DNA of 64,000 bases, taken from NCBI GenBank assembly GCA_951406725.2, contig OX597818.1:36518001-36582000 (forward strand). The letters are read 5' to 3'. Below the pieces are notes generated by a model. That model did not search any database. It saw only the letters and a list, made by a program, of their open reading frames with translations, and was not told the origin of the DNA. This document shows positions 1 to 14,130 of the stretch, piece by piece. Position numbers and translations under genes: made by a program. Source of the DNA: Octopus vulgaris (taxonomy: Eukaryota). The number at the start of each line of letters is the position of its first letter. Within the stretch, counting starts at the first letter, position 1.

Positions 1-341
1 GGTGAACTCTGATGTGGAGGCTGTGATGTTGTGATATATGATGTAGTTTAATATGGTACTATGTGGTTGACTTTGGTGTGGCGTAAGAGGAAGACAGGGT
101 TTTTAGAAATGAAGACTGTGCACTAGTTGACGGTAGTGTAGAATGGTTTGTTGAAAGCCCCTCTCGTGGACTGTGATGGATCGTAACGCAGAGGAGAGCA
201 GCTCATTGTGGCGGAATGTGATGGTCTCTCGTTTTCTGTGCTATGGTCTGAAGGATTGGATTTCGGTGGAATACTGTTTGTTGCTTGAGGTGGCCAAAAT
301 ACTACCAAAATATCAAAGTATCTGTCTATCTATACACATGC

Positions 342-383
<42 letters not shown>

Positions 384-387
<4 letters not shown>

Positions 388-480
388 GACTTCACTAGGT
401 GGTGCTATAAAGGTAGACATGGCCTGGACCAATACTGGCCAAAACCTACCGATGTATCACAGTATCTATCTATCTATCTA
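384..480 (+). mobile_element. Short 3'-end copy of the same CR1-group LINE, opposite orientation
   Basis: AAATGACTTCACTAGGTGGTGCTAT...GGCCAAAACCTACC is the near-exact reverse complement of 718-798 and is followed by (TATC)n. A still shorter copy lies at ~291-332. Confidence 0.8.
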
Positions 481-511
481 TACACACACATATATATGCA
501 TATATATACAT

Positions 512-546
<35 letters not shown>

Positions 547-554
547 GTATACAG

Positions 555-616
<62 letters not shown>

Positions 617-636
617 ATGCATATATATATGTGTGT

Positions 637-717
<81 letters not shown>

Positions 718-719
<2 letters not shown>

Positions 720-1575
720 CTTTGATACTTTGGTAGGTTTTGGCCAGTATTGGTCCAGGCCATGTCTAACTTAATAGCACCACCTGGTGAAGTCATTTAA
801 ATCAGGATTCGGACACCATGGCCCACTCGAGTAGAGTTATTGTTTACCGAGGCATATCCGGGTGTAGGAGGTTTTTTCGGGATTTCTTGAAGGAATTTGT
901 CCAAAGACTTCTTGAACTTTATGGGGTTTGTTTCTGCTTTAATGTTTTTCGGTGTAATGTTAAAGAGAGCAGGGCCAATTGAAGTGAAATAATCATGCCG
1001 TATCGTTGTTATGAGATGCGAGTGTGACTTACATTGTGGGCGGATAGTACAGGGCCCATACCTTGTGTGTACCTTAAAGGCGATGCCAGCATCATTTGGG
1101 TAATGCTGATGGAATATTTTCCACATCATGCTAATGATGCAGCACTCAAGGCGACTTTGGGGGAGAATAAATAATGAGCTTTTCTAGTTGACCCCAATAG
1201 TCAAGGCCTGTCATCCTGTCTAACTTTTTTGTAATTGACCTTTGAGATGCTTCCTCTTTCATGATACCAAAATGGGGTCGGGCGAAAATGGACAAGAGAA
1301 CGATAAGGGCGTTGATATCTCTCACCTGGAAACCTCTGAGTATCCAGGAACACAATATTTGGGCCATGTCAACTTTGCTGTTCATATGAGCGGCCCAGCT
1401 TATGTTGTTGTCCACAATTACTCCCAAGTCTCTGATGTTGTTGGATGCCATGAGAGTTTCATCCGAAGGAAGGGAGTATGGGAGTTTCAGGGTATCCTCT
1501 TTTCTGAAGAGGATTAACTCAAATTTATCCTCGTTCAACAGCGTATTGTTCTTTACCGCCCATTGGATGACAGCT
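718..1575 (-). mobile_element. 5'-truncated CR1-group LINE: RT C-terminus (frameshifted) plus 3' UTR ending in a (TATC)n tail
   Basis: ORFs 1146-1649 and 797-1129 give WAVKNNTLLNEDKFELI...IRDLGVIVDNNISWAAHM...WILRGF and GPALFNITPKNIK...FKKSLDKFLQEIPKKPPTPGY, typical of CR1-group ORF2 ends. The tail is (GATA)n on + at ~637-718. Confidence 0.85.
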
Positions 1576-1587
1576 GTACATACATTT

Positions 1588-1620
<33 letters not shown>

Positions 1621-1783
1621 TTTATGTATATATATGTGTCCGTATACATATAACTATGTATGTATGTATGTATGTATGTATGTATGTATGTATGTGTTGC
1701 TCTTGAAATATTTATTACTTTCTGGCTATTTGAATTCTAATGTTGGGTAGATGGAGCGAGACTGAGAAACATTACTTCTTTGC

Positions 1784-1834
<51 letters not shown>

Positions 1835-1922
1835 ATACATATATATACATATATATTTGTATATATGTGCATATATCTATATGTAGATAGCCATAGATGT
1901 ATAAATATATATGTATGTATTT

Positions 1923-1980
<58 letters not shown>

Positions 1981-2635
1981 GTATGTATGTATGTGTAACT
2001 GAGACTTAATCACCAGAAACAAATTCTAAATAAACAATTTTATTCTAAATAAACACAGATTTAAAGACAGATTATACCCACTCCAATAGTCAGTAGTTTC
2101 TGTGTTCGTATTTACTTAACAAATGGCGCAGGATATCATAAACTAAATATAATTTGGTTAAATACATAAATACGTTTTAACATTTCTTAGTGTTTTGAGA
2201 AGAAACGATTCTAAACTATCTCTCGTTAATGTATGCATATGTGTACATTTATTTATCCCTTATACACGTGTGTGTGCGTTCTTTGCATGTAAGCAGTCAG
2301 GTGTTTATGCATGCATGTATTTATGAACAGCGCGTGTTAATAAACGTAAGAAATGTGGATATTGCATAAAATCGTTTTGCATGTTCTCAACATTTCATCT
2401 GTTCTGTTCTTCGCGTACGAAACACTGACAGTTTCTCGTTTTATAATTTTCACCATACTAAATTGCTGCATCTTTGTGCGCACTATAAATGCGTGTACCC
2501 GTGTGACTATATGTGTTTGTGGATAAATACGCATATATACATATATACATACATATACATGTATCTATGTATCCAGTTATTTCTCTCTTTCTTTCTTTCT
2601 TTCTTTCTCTCTCTCTATTTCTCTCCATCTATCTG

Positions 2636-2669
<34 letters not shown>

Positions 2670-4976
2670 CATATATATATATATATATTTATATATATAT
2701 GCAGAGAGAGAGAGAGAGAGAGAGAGAGGCTTCCATGGATATATTATATATACGTGTATCTAGATATATAAATATAGATATATACTACACACACATATAT
2801 AAACATACCTATACTCATTATTTGACTTATATAAAAACACATGTTGATATTATTTTGTTTTGCTTTCAGACTCAACACCACAGTTTCGAAGAAAATACTC
2901 CGGTAGGTAAAAAAAAATACTCTTTTTTACTCCCGTGTTTACATTACAAGAACCATTCTTTCTTTTATACTTCTCAGCACATATCCTCATGCCTAGATTA
3001 GTCTTGACCCCTTTTAACGTGGCACGTCACACTTTACATTAAATATTACGCTTGATTTATAAACAATGAAATCAGAGATGATAATGTTAGATAGCCCTTT
3101 TCTATACTTTGTACCAGTTTGATCGAATACAAAAATTATATTTCCAGATCACAAATGATAAAGAATTTCATCTATATATTTGCTTAATTGTTTCACTAAC
3201 AACTACCAAATAACGATAAATATTTTGCCATGTTTTCGTTGAAGCATCGACTCTTAAGTCACTCATGCCTTTCTAAGACATCCAGTACCTCAATTTACCT
3301 CATAATATTACGTTTTTAGCCCCACTGAAATAAAATGACCAAACAAATAATTAAATACATTTGAATTGTGCTTTTGTGAAATCTAGTGTATTCATCGAAT
3401 TCTTCATTTTATTTGGTAATTATGATAATGGTGGGTTCTTTTTTGTTCGTTTTGATCAGACTTATGACCAAAGTTATTCTTGCTACAGCATGCCTATCTA
3501 TTCCAGACTGCATGCCTATGAGAACATTGCTAAATGTAATCTTATCCTTTAATACGTTTACGTGGGATTTGAGCAAGATTTGGTTCTTAATTGTAGCACA
3601 TCGAACGACATAATGTAAGGCCTCTTATTCTGGTCAATCGGAGCGATGATCAAAGACATTCCAGCCACAGCTTACTCGCCTTTATTTCCAACATTTTATA
3701 TAGAGCATCATTAGTCAATGTGTTTTTCCAGTTCGTATTGATTGTGTGGAGTTTGAGGAAAATTTGGCTGTTATGTGTAGAACATCCAGTGACAATGTGT
3801 AAGGTCTCTCATTGGCTCAGATCATATTGGTGGCATTATGACAGGCATTGTACAAATAAATATTTTTTTGCTCAATGATGAACGATGAAAATATATCTAT
3901 AATTATCTCTATTAGTACTTCTAGTATATTGGTGAAGACGAATCTCCCTATAATGGCTCGACCAACAGTTTATTTACGGAGTTACACACAAACCACTCGC
4001 AAAATATTTAGCTCAATAAGAAACAAAATTACCAGCAAACAAATCCTATATCACTCAGTTAAAAATAGTATATTACTATAATGGAATGAGATTTCAAGAT
4101 ATTTTTTATGCATGTGTTTCATATAGATAAGTAGCATATATATTATATCTTGCAGAGATTAAAAAAAACTCACTCACTCAAAATCATATCAGTAATAGAA
4201 ATTCATACGAAGAAACCTAGGGGAGGCAATTCTAGAATACAAATCAATCATTTGTTTTACAATAATTTTTATCCTTTCAATCTGTGTAAGCTCTCGTAAA
4301 TATGTAAATGAGAACATGTTGTTGCTGAAACCTGTTTGGCATTGCCACCGTACTTTCCATAGATCAATCTAACTTGCCACTCTCTACTTTTATTCAGTAT
4401 TTTATCAGTTTGGATTTCAGTGTCGTTGACTTTCCCTTTCTTGAATATAATTACCATTAACACGAATGATTATTTTGGCAATTATTTAATATGTTATTTC
4501 CCACTGTGTATGCTATACACATATATGTGCGCTTGTGAACACCATCCAGCAGAATATAGCTTCCCATGGATCTGAAGCACTTAACGTTTTTCTTACCACA
4601 TGTCTAGAGAAATACATTGTCTTTGTTTTATGAAAATTAATTTTGAAAAGGAAGAACAATTTACTTAAATATTTATTTCCTTGAGCTTGATTTTGGAAAA
4701 TAAATAAACACGAAATTTTGATGGAGAGTTTCAATTTAGGACACCTTAAAATAGGAAGTTTGTATCATTGAACCAGCGGCTGTTTCAATTGGTAAACGCT
4801 TAGCTTGCTTCTTCGGGCACATTTTGTTGCCATGAAATATTTTGAAAGTGTATACAATAGAGATTCTCTCCTTTTACACCGCGCGTCTGTGTTTATTATT
4901 ATACTTGTGTAACTATCTATGGATGTATGTATGTATGCATGTATGTATGTATATATCTATCTCTCTAACTATCTAT

Positions 4977-5019
<43 letters not shown>

Positions 5020-5102
5020 CATATATATATACATACATATATATATATATATACATATATATATACATAGACATACGCACACACACATACACACACACAC
5101 AA

Positions 5103-5182
<80 letters not shown>

Positions 5183-5552
5183 GTATGCATGCATAAGAAG
5201 AAAAGAGTGATTAAAAATCCAGGCCGATATCAATAAAGCACTCACATTTAAGCAAATTTGGTACAGTATATCAAACTATCAGACACCAATAGATGCAAGT
5301 ACAATAAACAGCCAAGGTAATTCCGCGTGTATGACATTTAGTTTCAAATATCGTTTAGAAGAATTGCAAGAACTTCAGAGTATCAGATTATTTCAAGTTT
5401 AAAGCTACGGTCATACTCGAGACAATTAAACTTGTCAATGCCAAAACATGAAAATACCTTCATCACTGAACAGGATTACCTTCCTACAAAAAATAATCCT
5501 GTAACACTGACTTTTGAATCAAGGACTAGCCTACATGTCACCAGTGTCTTCA

Positions 5553-5614
<62 letters not shown>

Positions 5615-5629
5615 ATATATATATATATA

Positions 5630-5769
5630 CATTTTTATTATTTTTTTGCAATTTACTTAATCATTGGTATTTTATTGTTATTTTAATTTAAATATTTCTA
5701 TTATATGTCATTTTCTAGATGGTGTAATTTAATTGTTCATTTTGAATTGATAAAAGGTGTTTTCTTCTA

Positions 5770-5811
<42 letters not shown>

Positions 5812-5998
5812 CATTGCGTGAAATTTGATTTAGTATTTCTAAATTGAATATTTTTTCCCTGTAAGTTAGGATTAATATTCCCTCAAATAATTATCATATA
5901 TATATATATATATATTACATTGCGTGAAATTTGATTTAGTATTTCTAAATTGAATATTTTTTCCCTGTAAGTTAGGATTAATATTCCCTCAAATAATT

Positions 5999-6001
<3 letters not shown>
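5630..6001. repeat. AT-rich interspersed repeat segments separated by (TA)n, including a tandem duplicate (5810-5895 / 5917-6001)
   Basis: 5630-5775 matches 48730-48885, and the TTGCGTGAAATTTGATTTAGTATTTCTAAATTG segment recurs at ~48895-48980 in the same order. Confidence 0.75.
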
Positions 6002-6040
<39 letters not shown>

Positions 6041-7608
6041 AATATATATGCACTCCTAAATACAAATATCCGTATGGATGTATACATGTATATTTTATCT
6101 CGTATACCATAGATTCAAAATATCCACCGCTAAACTCAATATATAATCAGCTTCTTTGTCAACTGCGCAGATTGAATTCAAGAATGTTTTGGTTCAAGTT
6201 TTCATTACTCTTTATTTCATTCTTCGTTTTAAATGTGCGATGCAAGAGTCGTTTACTACATGTCGTCGAAAATTTATTTTCAAAGCCTCATTAGGTTTCT
6301 CCTAGCAGCCAGTTGGTTTTCATTAGGTTTCTCCTAGCAGCCAGTTGGCTCCTTTTCAACTGCTCAGTGAGTGAGGTGTGGTTGCAATCTGTACACCTGT
6401 ACATCTGTACATCTGTACACGAAGATAGTTCCAGAACAAGTGATCCGAGAAATTGAGACCAGGGATTCTAAGTGACAAAAGATCAGTCCTTCTCTTCCCT
6501 ACCACCTTTTTAGAGAGAGTGCACTAAGCATTCGCTGCTCATTGATACCATAGCATGGAGTTCTACCGACTTAATGTAAAATAGTGGTGGAGAGTATTCT
6601 TTTCTGCTTCATATCTGATACTACAGCATTATTTTTCAGGAACTCCTAGTGAGTATTCTTCGTAATATTTTTTTGTTAAAGTAGTAGTGACCAAACACGA
6701 TGCGTTGTGAAGACTACCTAAACAGTAGCATGTGTCTCATAACTCATGCTCGACAATTAAACTTGTTGCCAATGCCAAAACATGAAAAGAGCCTTCCTTA
6801 TGGAATAGGACTACCTTCCGATAAATATAATCCTGTAACACTGGATTTTGAATTAATGACTTGTCCACAAGTCACAAGTGTTTCACATTTATCATCGTCG
6901 CATAATTTCTGAACCGCTAAGGAAGGAAATTCACATTCATCTTGATTTTAGACATTTTTCATGGAGCTGTTGGAGATAGTGGACATCGATGAAGTCTTCC
7001 TTTCAAATCTGTGGACTTCTGTTAAAATGATTATAAAGTTAGCTCTGCTTCACTGTGACTGTTTATATCTTTCCAGACCTAAGTAGGTCTTCAACGGCAA
7101 TGTAGATTTCTATCATTGGAAAGCTTCACGAATGGTTACATGCAAAGAAAATATTTGTCTGTTCGTGATATTTTGCTTTGGAACAGAATTCAATGCATAG
7201 AATTTTCTTGGTCTGGTAAAACAATCTTTCGTTTCTGCACTATGTTGTTATGGGTGATGAAAATGGGAACAACATATCAAAAAAAATAAATAAATAAATA
7301 AAAAGAAATCACTGGTTTTCAGTGAAAGAGAAAGTGGCGCCTACTCCAAAACCCATCCTTCTTCCACAAAACTCTTTCTTATGCATCTTGTGGAACATGA
7401 AAAATGCTGAACATCGTTGGATACTGAACACAGAAAAACCGTTACTGCAGTCGTTTATTGCCAATAATGTTATCATGCTTATGGAGAATTACTTTTAAAG
7501 CAGCCAACTATAGGATACGGAAAATGGAGTTAGGCACCTACATGACAGTGCAAAAGGTCGAAATAAATTCGCAACAAAATAGCAAAGACACAATTAGAAA
7601 TTTATAAA

Positions 7609-7845
7609 TTTTAAGGCGGCGAGCTGGCAGAATAGTTGGCACGCCGGGCGAAATGCTTAACGGCATTTCGTCTACCGTTACGTTTTGAGTTCAAATTCCG
7701 CCGAGGTCGACTTTGCCTTTCATCCTTTCAAGGTCGATTAAATAAGTACCAGTTACGCACTGGAGATGATGTAACCGACTTAATACCTTTGTCTGCCCTT
7801 GTTTGCCCCTTCTATATTTAGCCCCTTGTGGACAATAAAGAAATA
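7609..7845 (+). mobile_element. SINE family C (AAGGCGGCGAGCTGGCAGAA head), full length with TSD
   Basis: tRNA-like head (GAGCTGGCAGAA...GAGTTCAAATTCC). Flanking direct repeat AGAAATTTATAAA at 7596-7608 and 7846-7858. Several homologues in the window. Confidence 0.85.
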
Positions 7846-8149
7846 AGAAATTTATAAAAATGAAATAGCAGTAAAATAAAAAAGAAATTGTCATTTCAGT
7901 GGTAATCTGTCTTCTCAACCACACCGAGTACAAAGATGCATGCACGCACGCACGCATGCATGCATACATACATACATACATACATACATACATACATACA
8001 TACATACATACATGCATATTAACACACTGCCTAAATACCAATCTTGAGAAATTAGGCTTCTCAAAAGGAGAAAGCTAATTCGAAAACTACAGATGCAATC
8101 CATCAATGGGATAGTAAAAATCTGTAAAACGCTGACTATTCAACCTAAC

Positions 8150-8390
8150 AATACAAACAGAAAAAAAACTTTCCATATCTTCAAAGATTTTGCCTATTTT
8201 CTTATTGATGAGTGTTCTTCATCAGTAGGGCTTCAGATTCGATATGTGCTAAACTCCTGTCATTATTATGTATAATAATCGATACAGTTGTCCGACTCAT
8301 CCCAAAAGCTCGTGCAATTGCAACTATTTTTCACCTTTTTCACGGCGTTTTATCATAGCGACTTTATCTTTCAGCGTTATAGCATGACGC
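8150..8390 (-). pseudogene. Tigger/pogo (CENP-B-type HTH) transposase N-terminal remnant
   Basis: Manual minus-strand translation with frameshifts: RHAITLKDKVAMIKRREKGEK/IVAIARAFGMSRTTVSIIIHNNDRSLAHIESEALLMK/INKKIGKIFEDME, which fits the Tigger HTH pattern. Confidence 0.75.
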
Positions 8391-8889
8391 TATGAATTTC
8401 TTAGTGAAAATGGGGGCAAAAAAGTATTCACAAACATTAGCTAAGACAACCTTCAAATCGGTCGCGTTTGAGATAAAAACTGTGGGAAAAATTAAGCTTA
8501 GAGCTGCTCGAACTGGTGTCAATCTATCACCAACGGAACTGAGTCTTTTTAAGTCGAAAACAATGGTTGAAGAATATGCGGAAAAAAAAAAGAAAGCGGC
8601 AGCAAAACAATCATGCTTTCAGTCAAGTTTGCGTAGCAATTTTTGTTCCTGTCTATTTCACGCGAGAATTGTTTTTTTCAGCCATCGACGTAGATGAACT
8701 GCACAGTCAGCAGGAAATTGAAATCACGCGGACACGACAAAACATCTGTCGACGATATATTTATAACATAAATAAATACACACGCACACACACACTCGCG
8801 CACGCACACTCACATACATACATACATACATACATATGTGTATGTATATATATATATATATATATTCATATATAAAAAGACATGAGTAC

Positions 8890-8920
<31 letters not shown>

Positions 8921-8960
8921 CATTTGTATATACCTATATAAAAAGACATGACTACGCATG

Positions 8961-9032
<72 letters not shown>

Positions 9033-9293
9033 TATATATATATAATGCTAAAACAGTTTTGCCGTTAAATATGGCGGTTATTTATATTTAAATTATTTAA
9101 ATTTTCTTAATGATTTTATAATTTACATCTTCACTTCATTTCAACATTTCAATGTTACATCTCTGCCTTATTTCTATCATTAATGAAATAGACCTTAGGT
9201 AGTAAACTTTAATTTGTGTTTAGAAAAGCTAAAATGCTATTCAATTTTATTTCGTTATGTTTATGTGTGTGCGTGTGTGTTTAGGTGGCTTTG

Positions 9294-9341
<48 letters not shown>

Positions 9342-12125
9342 GATACATATATATACGCATATCTGTGTATATAGACAGAGATAGAGAGATAGAGAGATCT
9401 ACGTAAACACACGTACATATACACAGACACACACACATGTATACATACATAAATACATATATTTATATACATATATACACACATATATATACATACATAT
9501 TTATATATATATATCAACAGTTATATTACTGAATATTCAAATATAAAAAATTATGCCTACTATTGTTAAGAATGATAATTCTTTTTTGTATTGTAATTTA
9601 AGCATTAAAAATAGTTATACAAACACATACGTAGTATTTATCTTAGAGATTATTTCAAATGCATCAACCCAATACTTCTCTTCACCTCTTTATATATAAT
9701 TGTTACTCAATATTCATTTTTGTTACATATTCATGCATTAGCATGCCAGGTGAAATCTTCAATATGCATAAACAGTAAAAATAATTATGCACAGAATGTA
9801 GTTACAGTTTATTTGGCACTTTTACCATTGCCAAACATTTTTTGTGATATAAGACAGATTGTTAATGCATAGGGAATTAGTTCATCTAGAAAGCTCCATT
9901 ATTTTACTAATGTTTATTTTATCAGGTCTGGATGCATTATGGGTAAATTGGTCGGCATCAGTCTTTCAGCTTCAAGAAATGAGTGAGAAAATATCATATT
10001 GTTTTTACACTTTATTTGGAAATCTAATGTTTCTGTAGTCTCCACAGCCAATGAGAGATATATTACACAAGCCAGTATAGAAACCAGTGCATGGCCCTTT
10101 GAAATTGTAAAACTAAGACTCGAAACTCTATTAATTACACTCTATCATCTTTGAGCACGATGAACACATTATTTAATGTCATCAGTACACAAAAACACAG
10201 GGTGGGCAAGGCCGGAATGTCTTTGATCCCGGATCGATTTGATCACAGTTGAGTGGAGATATACGCGGCAAAATACCAGACATTATAGATATGTCTGATA
10301 AGTGTTGACCTGAGGCTAAAGAACATTTATCTAGGCAGTCACAACTGTTGTGGTCAATTCTTTTGTTCAGATGATTGCATAGTCTCCAAATATTTTATTA
10401 AGTTTGCATTGTCAATGATTCTATTGCAATATTTTATTTTTTCTGATATCACAAGCATTCAGAGAACTCTTCCTCGGCTTCTGTTTCCATAGACAAAATA
10501 AATGAGGCACCTTCTAATTAGTGTTATTTTCTCATACATGACCAAATACTGATAAATAGATTTAGCTTGGTAAAATAAGACAACATTGAAATAAACATTT
10601 TCTTAGATTACACAATGCATTTGTGTCTCATTTGAACTCCCGATCCAAGAGCAAGCCACTCGCAATGTTTTATAACACCTTACTCACGTGACTATTCTGT
10701 TTCTCTGTACATTTCAGTGTGGATAGTCATTTCTTACATAGGTACAGTGCACATATCGTACGCATTTTATAGAAGCCCATATACCGAAAGGCAAAGCAGT
10801 CCGTAATAGATTTTGAAATTAAAAGGCATATGACAAACAATATACGAAAAAGTTTAATATTAACTTTATCGATTCACCCGTCTGTTAAAGGCTTACAAAA
10901 TCAAAAATTCTATATTTCTGATTCATTAATATTTTAACTTTAATTTCTCAAGTAATCTAATGATGTCACTAATTCTACCATTTCGTTGTATTCTATTCTA
11001 ACAGCTACATATGAAAATTGCCACGAGTAATAGGCACAGAATTTATATATTTGCATATTGCTGGCTAGGGATTATATATTTGAATAACATTTCGATAGTT
11101 TGTGGCCCTAAGCAGGAGAAGTTCTCCAGGTATAGCTCGAAACAAGATTTGCTGTGAGAGGTTAAAATGGCTGACATACACTTTGAGGAAATAAATTATT
11201 AAGTTCTTCAGTAAGTCGTATCAATGACGAACAAAGATCTTTGTACGAAAAAAAAACTAAAGGGGCCCTAAGATGCTTGTTATAATTTAGAAAGAGAAAC
11301 TTATGAGTTTATTAAAGGTAATTATTTTGAATTTCTATTTTAATTACAAGTCAAAGGAAATTTAATTGTCTTTTACTTGCAAATGCTCTCAAGTATAATT
11401 CCCACCTATAACAGCAGTAAGAAAATATTTGATAGTAGAATCATGGATATACAAATCATAAAAGATGGAGTGGCCACTGTGATAACACCTTTGATCATAG
11501 GCCTGTTTGATTAGCTCCAACTTAGGGTTAAACAACAAGATCAAATTAAATATATGTATTTTTTTCTTTTATGTATATGGTGCTATAAAAACATAGACAA
11601 AAATCTTAACGATTCAAAATTCCCCTCAAGATGCCAGCCAACATTCACTTCCATATGCTAGTCAAAATTCACCTACGGATGCTATTCATAGACGCTATTT
11701 ACGCTCTTGAGAAGAGACATGAACATTTAAATATTATTCACATTATTGAATAATAACAGAAAGTGAAACCGCAGACGTTATTTCAATTAAACACAAACAG
11801 CCAAATGTCCATATGTGATGCTAGGAAAGACGTGACAAGTCGAATTGCACCTCCAGATACTAAATGACGTGCCTTTAGATATTTCTCTATGGCAACCGCT
11901 TCAGATCAACTCATTGTCTATAATATAACTCAATATAAATACACTTGAAAGGAATGAGTTTTTAGAATGAGATTCGCCAAATTCCAGAAGCATCTAGCAT
12001 TTTTATCTTCTTATTTCAAGCACGTCTTTTGTTGCAGTTCTTTTGTTTTCCTTCATATTTTTGTTCTTACGTTTTAGTTTCTCTTGTATTTTCTTTCTTT
12101 CATCGTCATCATTATAATAATAATA

Positions 12126-12204
<79 letters not shown>

Positions 12205-12205
<1 letters not shown>

Positions 12206-14130
12206 GTTTACAACAATGTTGAGCGAGATTCTCCAGCGTCATGGAGTACACCTGAGTGTTCCTATACTGTATACAGCATTGTCTTTTGCAGGTTTGGGAT
12301 GAGATTTGTATTTTGCATTTACATTGCTTTCATCTTAAGGGTTTTGTTGTTTCTGATGCTTCGTCTATTTGTTGTAAATGAGAATGTGCAATATGCGTTG
12401 GTGTTATTTTTGCTATACTGTGAGTGTGCTTCGCGTGAGCTTTGTGGTGAGTTAGTGACAGTTAATGACTGTGTTTCACATATGTTGTATGAACAAGGGG
12501 TACACAGTGATTGCTAGAGTACTAGAGTATTAGTTGCGTCAGCTGTGTCAATGTTTTAGAGTTGGGAAGTGATCACGTAGAATCTATCCTGTTATGGGTT
12601 GTGTTATATTATTGTGTAGCAACTGTGTAGAACTCGTATAATACAGCCCAGACATTGGGTCATTGTTGGCTTCCGCTTTCACTTTGTCTGAAGCAAATCT
12701 TGCAAGATATTGTCTATAGAGTGGCTTTTCTCTCACTTTCGTTCTGTAATACATTCAGGGAATGATTTTCTCTTTTACTTTAGTATTTTTCTCTTGTTAG
12801 CTTTTCTATTGTTTTACACATTTTGACATCCAGTTCGTGCTTTATAGTCTGTTTAAATGTAGAGAAATGTTTTTCTTCATATTCTTCATATTCAGTCATT
12901 ATCGAAATCTAGTTACCTTTACTTAGGTCTAAGAAATTTTCTTGGCCCGTATTTGATATCTTGTAATAGATACACTATTTGTCGATATCTGTTATTTGTG
13001 TAGAGGTTAATATATCGTATCTATATTGGCTCTTATATGGTGATTTCAGAGCTCAACGAGGCGTTTTCTACATTTTATTTCACTACAGTTCCATTTCATT
13101 CATTGAAGCTGTAGATTGAGTATGACAATAAAAATGTATTTACACCTATCGCTCAATGTTATAAATAAAATGTTGAGCTTTGTTTCAGATATTTGACTAA
13201 CTCTTTTTTCTAATCTTTTCTACTGTTATCCTTCATTTCTATACGTTATATCTTACCAAATTCATATACTCTTAAGTATTTGTCATGGTTGTGCTGTTCT
13301 AATTCTCTGGTGTTAGTGTCTAGATCTAATTTAATGTTCACAGTTTATAATATATTAGTTTGCTCCTTCTGGGAGTAAGTTTGATATATTTCAATAGTCC
13401 TGTGCTTATTTTGATATCCGACTGAATTCATGGGAAGTTTTAGTAGATTATCAAGCTGGGCGTTGTCTGCTGAAAGCAGTTTTAAATCATCCATATAGAC
13501 GAGGTGGTTTATAATTTGTTCACGGTGTTTATAACCATTGGTCATTCCATTCACCAAATTTGTTTGGCATAAGCGTAGAGAGGAGAAGAGGTTTCTGGAT
13601 AATGACATTTTTATGAACCTAAAACCGTTTTATTGTATATTGGCTTTCAGAAGTAGTAACTTGCAGTGAAATAACTGTTCTCCATTTTGGCATGCCATAG
13701 CTGATATACTGCCATAGCATTAGAGCTGTTTTATTTATAAGTTGTGCCTCTAATACATAACACTGCGCTATGCAATTAAATGTTTTTCAATAAGAAAAAC
13801 ACACCACGGTAAGGTTTGTATTTTTATTCATGCTGTATTCAATATTCACCAAATGCTGTATTCAGTATTCACCAAATTAACAAGTAGCTTGTCTTAACAG
13901 ACATACGCCCCCCTGTTCATACTTACTTCTGTTCGGACGTACTTCTGATGAGGAAGTAGCCCTTTATAATCTACAGAGGTAACGGCATTGCTTCTCACTG
14001 GCAAACAAGTTATTGACCCCCAGTCGGTGCAGAGAGGGCTCAGTTGTTCTTTAGGAGAATCAATATTGTTTTCTTGTCTAATCGTCAATGGGGGAACAAT
14101 AATCGGACAGAATATCCTTAGACCCTAACT
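12205..14130 (-). mobile_element. Highly decayed R4/Dong-like non-LTR retrotransposon (RT and C-terminal remnants) ending in (TAA)n
   Basis: GSITCLP (YRPITCLP-like, ORF 13894-14088) and INHLVYMDDLKL (ORF 13345-13608). The 3' end abuts the (TTA)n tract at 12111-12203. Confidence 0.75.

Noticed and set aside
5810-6001. Repeat-spacer pattern reminiscent of CRISPR
   Set aside because: There are only two copies, the spacer is (TA)n, the context is eukaryotic and there are no cas genes.
6535-6550. TGGTATCA on minus as an LTR primer-binding site
   Set aside because: The match is short and imperfect, with no LTR pair or gag/pol remnant.
8392-8697. 101-aa plus-strand ORF or CpG-richer promoter-like region
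   Set aside because: Better explained as the antisense 5' region of the Tigger remnant.
13945-13965. CTGATGAG as a hammerhead core
   Set aside because: No GAAA or stem II follows, and it lies inside antisense RT coding remnant.
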